64,000 nt of DNA, from the NCBI RefSeq assembly GCF_009914755.1, contig NC_060948.1; one strand, written 5' to 3'. This DNA is from the human T2T-CHM13v2.0 reference genome, Homo sapiens. The translations under genes and the position numbers were made by a program. Position 1 is the stretch's first letter. Every line of letters starts with the position of its first letter. Positions 25,407-39,245 of the stretch are shown here, piece after piece. Under the pieces are notes generated by a model. It searched no databases, was not told the origin of the DNA, and was given only the letters and a program-made list of their open reading frames with translations.

Positions 25407-25863
25407 TGTGAAGACAAATTCAAGTCAGGCTAAGAATGACTACGAAGTGAGTCATTCTTGCCATATCCAATGAAAACAAGAGTCAAGAGACCAGGAGGAA
25501 AAAGCACTCAGGGCACAGAGGATTGCTCCAAAAAGTGGAATTCTTTGCAGGTCCAGCAGCTAAAACTACCTGCTGTGATCTAAAACAGGTTTTATCTACC
25601 GGTTGCTGAAACAACCAACTATGGCTGCCTTCACTGACAAATCGAAACTTGCCCCCTCCCCAAAACCTTACTAGTGCTAATGAACTTTCTCAAAGAGGAA
25701 TACATAACATTTCTCCTTTTCCTAAGACTTCTAACTTTCTCTTTGTTCATTAGATACCATGAAGAGAAGCAGGTCTATGTATCTGCCCTGAACTGCAAGT
25801 ATGTCTTCCCAAAGAAATGTTTTAATTTTAGATATATACATCTGTATTTATTTGGCTTTACAA
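25407..25863 (+). mobile_element. ERV1 solo LTR (LTR24/LTR23-like; subfamily uncertain)
   Basis: TG..CA ends; aaagcactcagggcaca, cttactagtgctaatgaactttct. Confidence 0.6.
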
Positions 25864-27571
25864 AACAAAGGCTTAGGGGTCCGATAGCCTGTACACAGCC
25901 ACTTAACTCAGAAGAGATTTGCTTTATCCAAAGTCAGAATTCTGAATCTCAATAGCAGTATCCCTTTTCAGCAGTGGAATGAAAATTTTGAGGCCATATC
26001 TATTTGTAATAGGCAGAACCATTTCCATTAGTGATCAGTGATGGTTGGGCTAATTCAAAATATATTAAGAAACAGTAATTCTAATTGAAGCATACACACA
26101 TGTATTATTCTTATGTGGTATAAAAATGTCAGACTTTTCTGAGGTATGAATATCAAATATATAAGAGAAGAAACATGTTTTATATGTACTTTAAATACAT
26201 TCTCAGATAAAAGAATGTTTGATCCAAAAAGAAGGAAATTTAATGCAATGTGTGTTAAGTACCTCCAACCTGCTCTGAATTATCTAAAAACTGTCAGAAA
26301 TGAAATGATGAGTAAAAATAGTCATTGTTCTCTGGAATTCATTGTTAGGTAGGGGACAATGATATGCCCACAAGTAGGTCTATTCTAAGGCATATTGAGT
26401 TAAGTGTCATTTTTCATTTTTCTGGTTAAAAGACAATAGGTATAATGTGTTAGGAATAATTCTATCAAAATGGATAAGAAGACAGCTTTACCTAGTTCTT
26501 TGCATTTATAATTAACAGAGTCCTTTTAGATAGAGTTTAATGTTAAAAGAAAAAAGAGTAGGAAAGGATAACTTTTAGCTGGGGAATGGGGAAAGAAAAC
26601 AATATAATCCATGAAAGAAATAGCATTTCAGCATTCACTTGAAGATGGCTAGAATGTTGAAAGCTGTAGCTGGAGAAAGATATTCTAGGAAAGTGGAACA
26701 ATATCAGCAATTATTTGCTGTTCACTGAGTTTGAAAATTAAGTGAATCAGAGAGCTTAGCAAGTGCAATTACTATGCCTGGACCATGTGAAATCCAGATT
26801 AAATTGGGTGAAGAAATGACTTGGGAGTGAATAAATAGCAACAGAGTAAAGAAAGAGAATAGCTGTAAAAAGATAGAGCCACTGGGTTGAGAGATTATTA
26901 TTGTTATTGTAGTTTTTGGACAAAACTCAAGAGCTTCAACTCTTTCTCATAGCAGTAAAACCAAAAGCCTTGCCTGATTTTCAATATGTATGATTTAGAG
27001 TATGTATTTAATATAAGATTCCAGGAATGTAATGACAGGTGGCAAAAATACTTGAACAAAAAGGAAAGATGTGTGATGCCTCTGGTCCTTGAAAGTATAT
27101 TTCTTACACACCCTCTTTGACAGGGAAGAAGAGTGAAAAATTTTTAGTTTCATAAGCACTCAGAAGTATTCAAATCCTGATTTTGCTTCAACATGTTAAA
27201 CTGAATAGTGGTTTGTAAAGAATTTTTGAAGTTATTTGTACTTCAATACTTAACAGAAAGTCAGGGCTAAGTCCTCTAATCTTGTTTAGACATAAAATCT
27301 GGGGGTTGAAATGTTGCAAACCAAAGATGATAATGTCTTTGGTGAATGTATAACAACTCAATATTGTATATGTCTCTAATTTCTAATTTCAGATGGACAC
27401 AAAAAGATTTTATGTACACATTATATATATATGTATTATATGTGCATATATAAGTACACGTACCCTTACATATATAAAATATATGTATATAGATATATAT
27501 GAAAATTTATTTGAATAGATACACATAAATGCATTTTATATATCTTAGGAAAGTAAACTTGTATTTATACA

Positions 27572-27779
27572 CAATCAGTCTTCACTTAATGTTGTAGACA
27601 GATTCTTGGAAACTGCAAATTTAAGAGAAATGACATAATGAAATATTTTTTTCCTCATAGACATTGTAATGTAACAAATTTGAAAGAAAATAATATTAAT
27701 CAAGAATCTGCTATGTGTTGTTTTTCTTAAAGTTGCAAGTTCCAAGAACCAATTGATGATATTGTGTGAGGACTTACTG
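27572..27779. mobile_element. Internally deleted MER82-like MITE with both TIRs
   Basis: agtcttcacttaatgttg...ttcttggaaactgc and gcaagttccaagaacc...tgaggacttactg are inverted repeats. Confidence 0.75.
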
Positions 27780-28000
27780 TGCGTGTATATATATATATAT
27801 ATGTATATATATACATATATATACTTACTCTGTTTGTATATATACACACACACACATACTGTATATATATATACATAACATGTATATATACACATATACA
27901 TATACTGTGTGTGTATATATATGCACATATATATACACATACACACATATACGCACACACACGATGTTACTGAGGACTTACTATGTATGTGTGTGTGCAC
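27780..28000. repeat. (TA)n/(CA)n/(TG)n compound microsatellite
   Basis: Directly visible. Confidence 0.9.
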
Positions 28001-30263
28001 ATGCTACTCCCACATTGTATATTTGAATAAATCAACTAATTGTGTAAATTATGTTAGTGTATTCCCTTTGGAGTAAAGGTATTCCAGGAGATTGATCTAG
28101 AATCCCTATTAAATAACAAGAATAGAACTAGCTACAAAAACACATTTAATGCATTTGTAAATTTACAAAAGTAAATTATTCACTATTTTTGTATTTTTGA
28201 GAAAAAAAATTTGCCATTAGCAACATAAAACAATTCAAAGCTAGACAGCCTGAAAAGATATAGGGAAGCTAAATGAGAGATATTCACCTACTTTAATGGA
28301 AATGACATCATGCCCAGGTCTACTAAGTACTAGTTTTAATGTATAGCACATTTTACAAGATCCAAAACTCCTTACACTTTAGAGGCACAATTACATTTTA
28401 GGGGAAGAGGATTGCTGAATACACAATATTCTTTCCTCCTGCTGAATGAAATGTAGAGTGATAATACCCTTTCTGGACCTGCTGCCTTGGATGTATGTAG
28501 TCCATTAATGAAGGACTTGTTTTGAACTGATCAAGTCCTCCTGATTTTTAAGCCATTGTAAGTTTTCCTGTTAGAAAGATTTGGCATAACATAACCATGC
28601 TGAAGTTTTCCCTCTGACAACTTTACATATCATGTAGGCTTTTTATGTCATTTAAGTGTTCAATGACTCATTAAAAGCATTTCTTCAAACAAATTGCTGA
28701 TATTCTTTCCCTTCTGTTTCATAGATCTTACTATAAAATGTGTTTACATAGCATTAGTTGAATGATGCAAAATGTGCAATGTAGCAACATTGCCCTGGAA
28801 AATGTATACGGCACCAACCAAGATTGACCTTAGTAAAGTTGCAATATTAAGCATAAGCCACCATAAAATGGAAATAAAAACTTAGGCTGAGCGCTGCTGT
28901 TCTTGTCCACTTAATGCTGACTATATCAAAAAAGAAGGGATGGAATTCCTAAGTTTATTTTTACATGGATTTCTTGATTATTAATCAAAACAATATTTAT
29001 CAAGGTATATATTATGGTGGTTGTATAATTATGGTAACTTCCTAAAAATTAGCTGGAACATCTGTATTAGGACTATATTTGGTTGTTTTTGTGATTATGT
29101 ACCATTAATGTAAAATGAGTCAAACCTCAAGCCCTTGAGATCATACCAAAGAATATTGCACAATTAGAGGTTAGACAATTTTTAAACCAGAGATTTATTC
29201 ATAATTTCTAAACACTGATTCTGTTTATGGCTTTCAAATGGCATTTGTTAACATGATAAATACATGTGCTATGTGTGTTTAGGGGAACATGTATCCACAC
29301 ACATGCACATATATTTATGTAGAGTGTTAAGTGAACTCAATAGTTTTATGTTAATTTAATGAAACTTACACTCTTTCACACACACACATATATATAAATT
29401 GTCCACTTAATTAGATGCCTGCAATTCAACTTTCTGTCTCCAGACCTAAGTGTCAAGTAAATTAAGCATGAAGGTAGCATATTCACATTCTCCAAATCCC
29501 TCTTCATTTTTTAATATCTCTTTAAGCTCTGTTCTTAATGTTCCTCCTAGAATTTTCCAGGCTAAGTAAGCAAAATATTAATTATCACAGAAACCTTTGA
29601 AGGTTCCTAGGACCCATTTTAGTTTCTCGGATTTGAGGCATTCTCAAAGCCTCACTTGCTTGTATGAGGTAGACAAGATACCTCACTGAGCTCTGGGGAT
29701 CAATCGTATTTCTTCCTTCTGAGATTCTCTGCTGAAAAATGGAATGTTCTACTGACCAGATCAATATTTTCTTCAAGAGATGTCTTGAGACTTGGCTTCT
29801 CCCTGAAAATAAAATGTTTAAACTACAAAATACTTAATAATGTAGACCGTTCTACCTAAAGTAAATTAAGCGGATTCTATTGTCTGCCAATGAAAAGTCG
29901 TTGTCTATTGGTTCCTGTAACAGATGCGGATAAAACAGCCTCAAGGTAATGGGAATTTTAGGTGGGTCCTTTTTATTTGAACTGACACTTGGATGTTATG
30001 GTAAAAGTCACCTAAATTGTTAATTTCAAAGCAATGCATAGTGAAAGAACTGGTTTGATTGTGTACATGACTGTTGCAATGAATCATTTTAATAGGATCT
30101 AGGAATACCGGGACAGTGGAATATGCTGGCTACTTCTTACTGCGCTCTAGAATGTTAAGGAACAAAAGTCACTGGTTCAAAATGTTAATTTCTCAGCTCA
30201 TGGAATAGCTAGGATATTAATAACTTTATTATCACGGACTTTAAAGAAAAGATCTGATTTCTG

Positions 30264-30524
30264 TCACCCTGGCTGCAGCGCAGTTGTCCCTCCCGGTTTA
30301 CTGCAACCTCGGCCTCTCAGATTCAAGCAATTCTCCTGCATCAGCCTCCCATGTAACTGGGATTACAGGCAGGCACTATCACGCCCGGCTAACTTTTTAT
30401 GTTTTTAGTAGACAGGTTTTCACCATGTTGGCCAAACTGGTCTCATACTCCTGAGCTCAGGTAATCTGCTTGTCTCAACCTCCCAAAGCCCTGGGATTAC
30501 AGGCATGAGCCAATGAGCCCAGCC
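30264..30524 (-). mobile_element. AluS lacking its 3' end and poly-A tail
   Basis: Alu body between TSDs aaaagatctgatttct (30248) and aaaagatcaaatttct (30525). Confidence 0.85.
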
Positions 30525-30924
30525 AAAAGATCAAATTTCTTATAGGCCCAGAATTGGTGTATCTGAAATTCCAAAGAGGAGTATTATACTGTGATTTCAA
30601 CAAAAGATTAATTATGGATTTTCTAAGTCTCTTGTGAAGTTGATGAGGAAAGTATGTGACTCCAAGAAGTGTATTGCAAACCTTTCAGACTACCCTAATG
30701 TATCGTTGCTCAGGAAACTCAAGAAACTTTGATGAGGCTGTCTCTGCCTTGTTTGAAGAACTTGTAATATCCTCACCTGATCTATTACATCACCTGAAGT
30801 ATATTACCTGAGATGTTACCTGATAAGGAAGTGCAAATTTTCTTCATACCCTACCCTTGTGACTTCTTGTGGTCTCCAGACCTATAATGAGAGTCAGATC
30901 CTAGCAGGCTCTGTGTTTACTTGC

Positions 30925-31126
30925 ATAGATGAATCCAGGAAGAAAAGAAATTTACACCATAAACAAATCCAGGAGGAAGAGAAGTCTACACCATAGATGA
31001 ATCCAAAGAGAAGAGAAGTCTGCACCACAGATGAAACCAGGAGGAAGAGAAGTCTACACCACAGATGAATCCAGGAAGAAGAGAAGCCTACACCGTAGGT
31101 GAATCCTGGAACAAGAGAAGTACACC
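30925..31126. repeat. 34-bp minisatellite, 6 copies
   Basis: Consensus ayagatgaatccaggargaagagaagtctacacc. Confidence 0.95.
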
Positions 31127-33295
31127 AAAATAGGGCACTATTTTGCAGGGTTTTTTTTTTTTTTTTAAATCTGCAAGCCCAGGGAATATGTGTGGAAATA
31201 GGAATATATTCTAATCATGCTAGCCAAGGTAAAAAGAAAAAAGTTGTAAATCAATAAGAATTTATTTCCATAGTTGCATCTACGAGAGGATCTGAGAGGG
31301 TTTTTAACTGTTTGATCTGTTGGTGATTGAATGTTAAATAAACATAGATGTCAGAAAGCCCCTGCAGCAATAGGAAAGGAGGAATCAGAAGACTTTTGGT
31401 GAAAGTTTGGGTGGATCTAGCATATGGGATCCACATATCTGACATCTTTGTTCCCCAGGAGGGCTTGATGCTTTCTCTCTTTATAAAAGCATCAAGAAAT
31501 TTATGAAGAAGGGAAAAACCTGCTCCTGGCAAATGGGTTCCCTTATCTGCCCTTGTGAATGCAGGAAATGAAGGTTTTGTTTGTGAGTCATTTGAAACAG
31601 GTTCACTAAGTCATGGGAAGTAGGAAACAGGCAAGACCAAGGGAGATTGTTTAACCATTAGACATTAATAGCAGAAGAGGCACTGGGCAGTCTGTAGACC
31701 AGAATGTTTTATTCGCAGAGATCTTTGTTGCAGGTTAATTTATCGTGGCATCCCTAGGAACCCAATATATGGAGAGAGCCTACGTTGTTGTCCACCACGG
31801 GGAAATAAAATAGGGGTAAGTGGGTGTTTCTCTTGGACACCGTGATCCTGAGTCATGGACCCTCAACCATATCCAGACCTCAGTTATTTCATGACTAAAA
31901 ATCTTTTGAATGGTGTCCTTAAAGAGAGAGACCTTGATAACATCCAAAGCACTTTATCCAAGTGATTGGAAGCCATTAACAGAAGTTCACATGAGAAAAA
32001 AAAAATTTAGGCTCTTTCAGGATTTATAGATCATTGGCTCAGAGTTAAGCACATGTCCCTGGTGACTTGGAATGCTTCTAGGGTAGCTGAGTCAGAATGA
32101 GGACTCATTGGGCTGGCTGTTAGGGGGGTCACTTAAATAGAATTGTAATGTGATTGTATCTCACAGTGAGCAAAATAGGTTCAAACCATCCTGCCATTGT
32201 ATCTTATGTTTCAGAATATATATTATGAGTGTATATACTTATCACCTTCTAGGGACCCCCAACATTGGCTTTCTAATCTTCAAGTGATGATTATGGCAGG
32301 AGATATGACAGGTGCCTTCCTTTTACCAAAATGACAAACCCAACCAAGAAGACATCCCTGAAAAATGAAATATTGGGGCCATCATCAGAGATCTAACATA
32401 CAGAAATCTTTGATCTATACCTTTTGTATAGAATTGTATTCTACTCAAAATTCATATGCTGAAATTCTAACCCACAGTACTGCAGAAGTTGACAGTATTT
32501 GGAGACAGTTTCTTTAAGGAGGTAATCTTGCCATGGATATAATTTCAAGGAGACCTCTTGGGGCTCATTTGCTAAGAGCAAATCACTATCATGATGGATC
32601 TACCAATTTTACTTACTATTTGCTTTTCATTTCCCCTCTAAGTTTGCATAGGACGTTGGTAGAGTAATCTCACCATTTAGTTCTTAGCTTCTAAGAAGTC
32701 GATGTGAGATTGTGATTTACCTACAGGAGGAACAAACAAAACCCAGGGGAAGGAGAGTATGCAAAGTAGAGTAGCCAAAGAAAGGTTCTGAGACAGATAT
32801 TGATCATCAGCTTATTTTTCACCAGCCTTAATCTCTTTCTAGAGGCCTTACTTCATCTTCTATATGGAATGGAAATCTTGATTCCCTTGTGGCTGGGTTT
32901 CCTTATTTTCCCCATTTTGCACCCAGTAGATGCAACCGCATGACATTTGGGAACTGGAATTGAGGAACATGAAATAGAGGAAGCATTGAAGGACATAAGC
33001 TATTGGGGTTGAGGTATTTGTTTCCTCTTAGGAAGTTAAAGCAGAGGTTCTTTGTGGTTAAAAAATATCTTAGTGTGAATTTTTCAAAGATCAATTTCCT
33101 TGGACTGATTCTTTTCTAGAGAACCTTATAGTTGGTTCTTCCACAACGTCAGATATTCAGGTACTTATTTCTATGTGAGTGTCATTCTTGACTCACATAG
33201 TCAATGCAACATGCAACATAGGACAAAGAAGAATGTGGATACACTCATTTTTAGTGGCTTGTCCAACACTTTTTTTAAAGTGTTATGAATAGTTA

Positions 33296-33669
33296 TTCTT
33301 TTTTTGTATTATTATACTTTAAGTTCTGGGATACATGTGCAGAATGTGCAGGTTTGTTACGTAAGCATGCACATGCCATGGTGGTTTGCTGCACCCATCA
33401 ACCCATCATTTGCATTAGGCATTTCTCCCAGTGCTAGCCATCTGCTAGTCCTCCACCCCCTGACAGTCCCCAGTGTGTGACAGGCCTCCCTGTGTCCATG
33501 TGTTTTCACTGGTCAACTCCCAATTATGAGTGAGAACATGCAGTGTTTGGTTTTCTGTTCTTGTGTTAGTTTGCTGAGAATGATGCCTTCCAGCTTCATC
33601 CATGTCCCTGCAAAGACATAAACTCATCCTTTTTTTGGCTGCATAGTATTCCATGGTGTATATGTGCCT
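33296..33669 (-). mobile_element. L1PA 3' end, 5' truncated
   Basis: tatactttaagttctgggatacatgtgcag...gtattccatggtgtatatgtgcc. Confidence 0.9.
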
Positions 33670-36149
33670 CTGATGTTAATGGGTCCATAAGATTCTGTGT
33701 TCACAAAGCCAGTTCACTTAAAATGCTGCTCATGTGATATGCCAAAGGGAAAGGAGAGTCCAAGACAAATGCATATTGATTTCTACTGATTTTATAAAAT
33801 GCACTGAAGGGCAAGAAATGTCTAGATGAGCATTCTACCCTTGCCCTTGCCTTAGAAATATCTCAAAGAAGAATAAAAAAGATAAAATGGAGGGAAGATG
33901 TCAAACCAAAGGGGACCATGGTGAATAATGCTACAAAGAAGTAGCACATAAGGAGAAATCTGCTTGAATCATAAGTCCTTCCACTGAGAGTCTCAATAGT
34001 TAGTATGTAACTATGAGTTCAAAGATAATCACTAAAGAAGTGTTAAATAGTACCAAGGTCTCTTTCAGCCTTGAAGGAGGAAAGTTAGACATAATACCCC
34101 CACAGGAACTCAGACTATGTACATGAAGAATTAGAAAGAACTGAAGTTAATGCTTCAGAATACCTGGATTTATGCAACAGAAAAGATAAAATAAACCTCT
34201 ATGAACAAAGCGAAGTGCCATGAGGCTTTTAGTAAGAAAGGAGATAAGCATTTTTTTCCTTCTCCATAGATATCAAATGCCAGAGTTTGCTTATGAGAAC
34301 AGGGAGGAGACAAGTCAAGTAAACAATCTATTTTATGAAAATTCATATGATGGAAAAAAGGAGTGGGCCTGTGGAAAGAGAATTATGGTCCAGATGGATC
34401 CTCATGTTTACAGAGATGATAAGGGAAGATACTCAAACCAAAAAAGAGCCATCCCTAAATAAACTATTGAAGTACAACATATTTGATAGAAAAGAGTTTA
34501 CATTCTATGTATCTGGCTCAGTGAATCGTGGTTGAAAGCCAAAGCTAATCTATGCAATAATAGATACCCGACTTGTGTAGCAACTTATGCTGAACTTGAA
34601 GATGACCATGTGAGAGGGAAGTCCCAGGGATAGAGGATTGCAGAGCCAGTGGTCATATGTGATTTTCTCGGTCTACCAGCAGGACAATGAACTTTCTGCC
34701 GCTACCCTCTCTTCCCAGATCCCAAGTGTGCCTGGCAACGTCTGAGCACCAAAGGGAATACTTGGCATTCAGAAAGAAACTTAATGTCCTTGGTGGCCTC
34801 CCAAGGGATTGGTTAGGGTGCCTGTACCTAACATAGTCTGTCCAAACCTAGTTTTGGACCCAAATTCAGGGGTAGACTCCTAGTCATTGAGGAGCATGTA
34901 GAACAGATTTTGTTCCTTTTATCATTGTTTTGTTTGCAAGTGGTTTCTGGCATTGGGTAATTTTCATCCTGGTGATTGGTAATCAAACAATGTCATAGCA
35001 GGACTGGAATAGACCAAGATATATGCCATGAGATGAACTGGTTACACGATAACCCTTGGGACCAATCACTGATGGCACAAAAAGCATAAGAAAAGTATGA
35101 CCCTTAAATCTAGGTTAGAAGAGCTCCTGTGCTGATACTTGCTTTCAAGGACTGAATTCTGAACTTCTTCCAGCCACATTCATCTGTGCAAGGACTCCAA
35201 GATGTCAAAGCTCTATACCTCAGTTTAGAACCCACTCTGGGTATCTAGGACCATGGATAATCCAGTCCAAATGACTCTCCACCCACTTCCAGAATTAGCA
35301 TGGCTTGTTCCCTACGTCGTGCCTGTAAAGGATTCTTCTATTCAGAGGAGGGGCCATGTGGTGGCTGCTGGGAGGTCAGAATAAGGACTTGTGTTGTGGT
35401 TGGGTGAGCAGAACATAGATGACCTTGTGGGAGGAAAGATGGAATATGGACCCAAGATTGCATATGGGTTCATAATAATGAGGTGAATCAAATATGGATG
35501 TGCATGGGCGGGATGGATGGAGCACAAATACCCATGAAGAATGAGTGGAATATAATGGCCATTGTTGGGAGGGATTGATGGAAAATAGACATGAATTGGG
35601 AGAGTGGATGGAAACAGATATGCATTAGGGGTTGAATGCCTATGGATGTGTTTTAGGAGGCAGATGAAATAATACAGACGTACAGGCTGGGGTCTCTACC
35701 CATGAGTGCTGGAGGAGCTTAGGAGATAGCCTGGAGGTTGGAAGAGAAAGGGACAGGTCTCAGGCTTGACCAGTTCCCCAGACCCCCTCTCTGGTTCACA
35801 GCCCCCATTGCCCACCCAGTTTGTACCTATCCTTCCAGGTTGTTATAAAAATGTTTTGTTAACATTGAAATATGGAATATACATTATTTTACCGATTTGC
35901 TTGGTTATAACTTTGAAATATGTAGACAAATATTAGGTGAATTGCCTTAGGGTTGTTACCATGGACATGTAAAATAAAAAGCCAAATCTGGTCAGGATCC
36001 AAGTCCAGGACTTCCAAATCCAAGTTCTCTGTGTGCCCACTCACTTGCCTCTCAGAATGTGTGGGAAGAGAGAAGAAAGGGTATCAACAATAGATAAAAG
36101 AAAGGAGAAGATATTGGACTTAAAAAGGAATGGAAATAATGTCTTCATT

Positions 36150-37960
36150 ATGTATTGTTATGGCATGGCATGTTACATGTTGTTTTCTGTTGTGGTATTG
36201 CATGCTCTAATATATGCTATGCTATGTTATGTCATATCAGGTTATGTTATGTGATGTGCTGCACTATGGTAGGTTCTGTGTTATTCTGTGCTATGTTATG
36301 ACTTATGCTATGCTTTTCTTTGCTATGCTATGTTAGGTTATAAGTTATGTTATGTTATATTTTATGTTATGCTGTTTTATATGCTATGTTGTTATGCTGT
36401 GTTACAGACTATGTTATACTGTGATATGTAATGTGATGTTATGCTATGTTATGATTTATGCTGTGTTTTTCTAGGCTTTAATGTGAGATTATATGTTATA
36501 CTATATTAGGTTGTGTTACATGTTATGCTGTGCTATATTTTGTTTAGTCTATGTTTTATGCTATGATGTTATGTGATATATTTTGGTATATTATACTATT
36601 ATTTTCTATGCTATGGTATGCTATGGTATGGTATGGTATGGTATGGTATGGTATGGTATGCTATGCTATGCTATGCTATGCTATGCTATGCTATGCTATG
36701 CTATGCTATGTTTTATGCCATGATGTATGTGTTAGTGAAATGGGAAAGGATCCCTTGTCTCCTTCACAGGGTGTGTGATGGGAGTATGGCTTACTTCTTC
36801 CATGCCCCGCTGCTCAAACCTCTACAGGGCACAAGGCAGGCAGGCTGTAGGGCTCCTACCCCATGGCAGCATCTACACCCCAGTGGGCCTGTGTTAGAGG
36901 GTGCTCTTTTAATTTGCCTATAGGCAGTTTTTGTTAACCAGCTTAATTAGACCCTCTACCTTGTTGCAAGGACAGAGGGCTTTCTGTATCCTGGGTTCTT
37001 ACCTTGGTGTACCAGAAGAATCAGATCACAAATGGGCTTGGAAAATGAGTGCAAAGTTTTATTGAGTGGAAATACATCTCAGCTTATTTGGGAGCCAGAA
37101 GGGAGATGGTTTTCCCCTGGAATTGGGTCACTCAGCAGCCCTAGCTCTCCTTGAACTGCCCCAGCCAAACTTACCTTTTCCCACTGGTCAATGGCCTGCC
37201 CATGAGCTGGTGCCTGTCCTTGTGCTCTTCTGCCAGTATGCTCCTCTCAACATCCTCTTGATGACCAGCTGCTTAAATCTTCTTCTCCCAATGTGCTCCT
37301 CAAGACACCTGATCACCTATGTATTGAATAGGATCTTGGGCTTTTATAGGCTCAGGATAGGGATGTGGCAGGCCAGAGTGGCCTTGGAAAATGCAACATT
37401 TGTGTGGGAAAGCAGGAGTGCCTGTCCTCACCTAGGTCTGTGGGGGTGAAGCCCTAGCCAGGGACCTGCCTTTCTCTACCCAGCTCTTCCCTTCCCTACT
37501 TCTGTATCATTTAAAGTGATATGCTCTTTCCTTCTCATCATTCTTGTACATTTGGTTTATGTTTAATGCTATGTTACATGTTATGGTAGGCTCTGCTATA
37601 ATATGTTATATGCCACCTATGCTGTGCTATCTATCATTCTGTTTTGTGTTTTCCTATGCTATGCTATGCTATGCTATGCTACATTTATGCCATGTCATGT
37701 CCTCTTATGTCACATTATATGTCACTCTCTGCTAGGTTATGCTGTGTTATATGTTATGCTAGGCTAGGCTATATTATTTTATATGCCATGTGATGTTATG
37801 TTATATGTTATGTTATGCTATCCTATGCTTTGTTAGGTGCTGTGCTACATTATGCTATGCCATGTTATGTAATACTTGTTATATATGTTATGTGATGCAT
37901 GTTAGGTTATACACATTATGTTTTCATATACAATGTATGTTATATGATCCACATTATATA
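36150..37960. repeat. Degenerate (NTATG)n pentanucleotide array split by an LTR
   Basis: (GTATG)n(CTATG)n pure core at ~36605-36710; degenerate TTATG/CTATG at 36150-36735 and 37540-37960. Confidence 0.9.
36736..37509 (-). mobile_element. LTR1-group ERV1 solo LTR
   Basis: tgaaatgggaaagg...cccttccctacttctgtatca; related to 16627-17365. Confidence 0.7.
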
Positions 37961-38734
37961 GTGCATATTCTGGTACACATGTAAAAATGCAGTATTTAAA
38001 GGACTTTGAAGTAATCAAGGGCAAGTAAAAATTGCTCCAGAGAAGGAAGAACAAGACTTACGACCAGTACAGATTCAGGGAATCCTATAGATTTGAGGCC
38101 AAGAAGTAGGGAGCTAAGAAAGTTTCATTTATGACATTACAGGAAAACACAGTTATTTTGTCACAATGGTTGAGGAAATCTAAGGCTGCCTGCAAGAGAT
38201 AACTTTATATCTAACAGGAGACAGACAGAATTGGGAAAAGATGCCCAGGTATTGAAGAATAAAAATAAACAAGTTCAGAACAGAAAATAGCAAATTAACA
38301 ATAATGGAAGAGTTTTTCCTTTCAATGTATTCAGGGAAGGGAAAATTGACACTGTAAAAGAAGGCTTAGAACAATGAAATATGAAGACACATCTATTAAG
38401 TAAAAAGATAACCTTTTCCACAACATTATGTGAAATCACATTAGGATCATCAGATAAACTGGCAAGGGTAGTCAAGGATACATTTTGCCAATTATTTATG
38501 CTACAATAGGAATAGTACAGTTTAGAAAAGTTACTTCCCAGATGGGCTGGATACCCAACATGTGCTGGGAACACCCTCTTATGTGTGGTTGAAAGAACAA
38601 TGGTAAAACCTCCCATGTGGAACATCTTTTTATTTGCTTTTAAAACTGGGATTTTACATCTAAAGAAGCAGATATTCCACCGAGATCAATGAGGAGGTAG
38701 CACAGTGAATGCAAGATGGTAATAGGAAAGCCTA

Positions 38735-39245
<511 letters not shown>

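Larger units (their letters stand above)
29790..32400 (+). mobile_element. Ancient ERVL-class internal sequence (HERV16/ERV3-16A3-like), degraded
   Basis: Recalled motifs: gctggctacttcttactgcgct, aatttctcagctca, cgcagagatct...tggcatccctagg, cccccaacattggc. Confidence 0.5.

Noticed and set aside
27575-28026. Tyr/Ile/Cys-rich ORFs
   Set aside because: Translation of TA/CA microsatellite
30925-31126. CRISPR-like 34-bp repeats
   Set aside because: Head-to-tail with no spacers; ordinary VNTR
36033-37984. CYAML-repeat ORFs
   Set aside because: Translation of the pentanucleotide array
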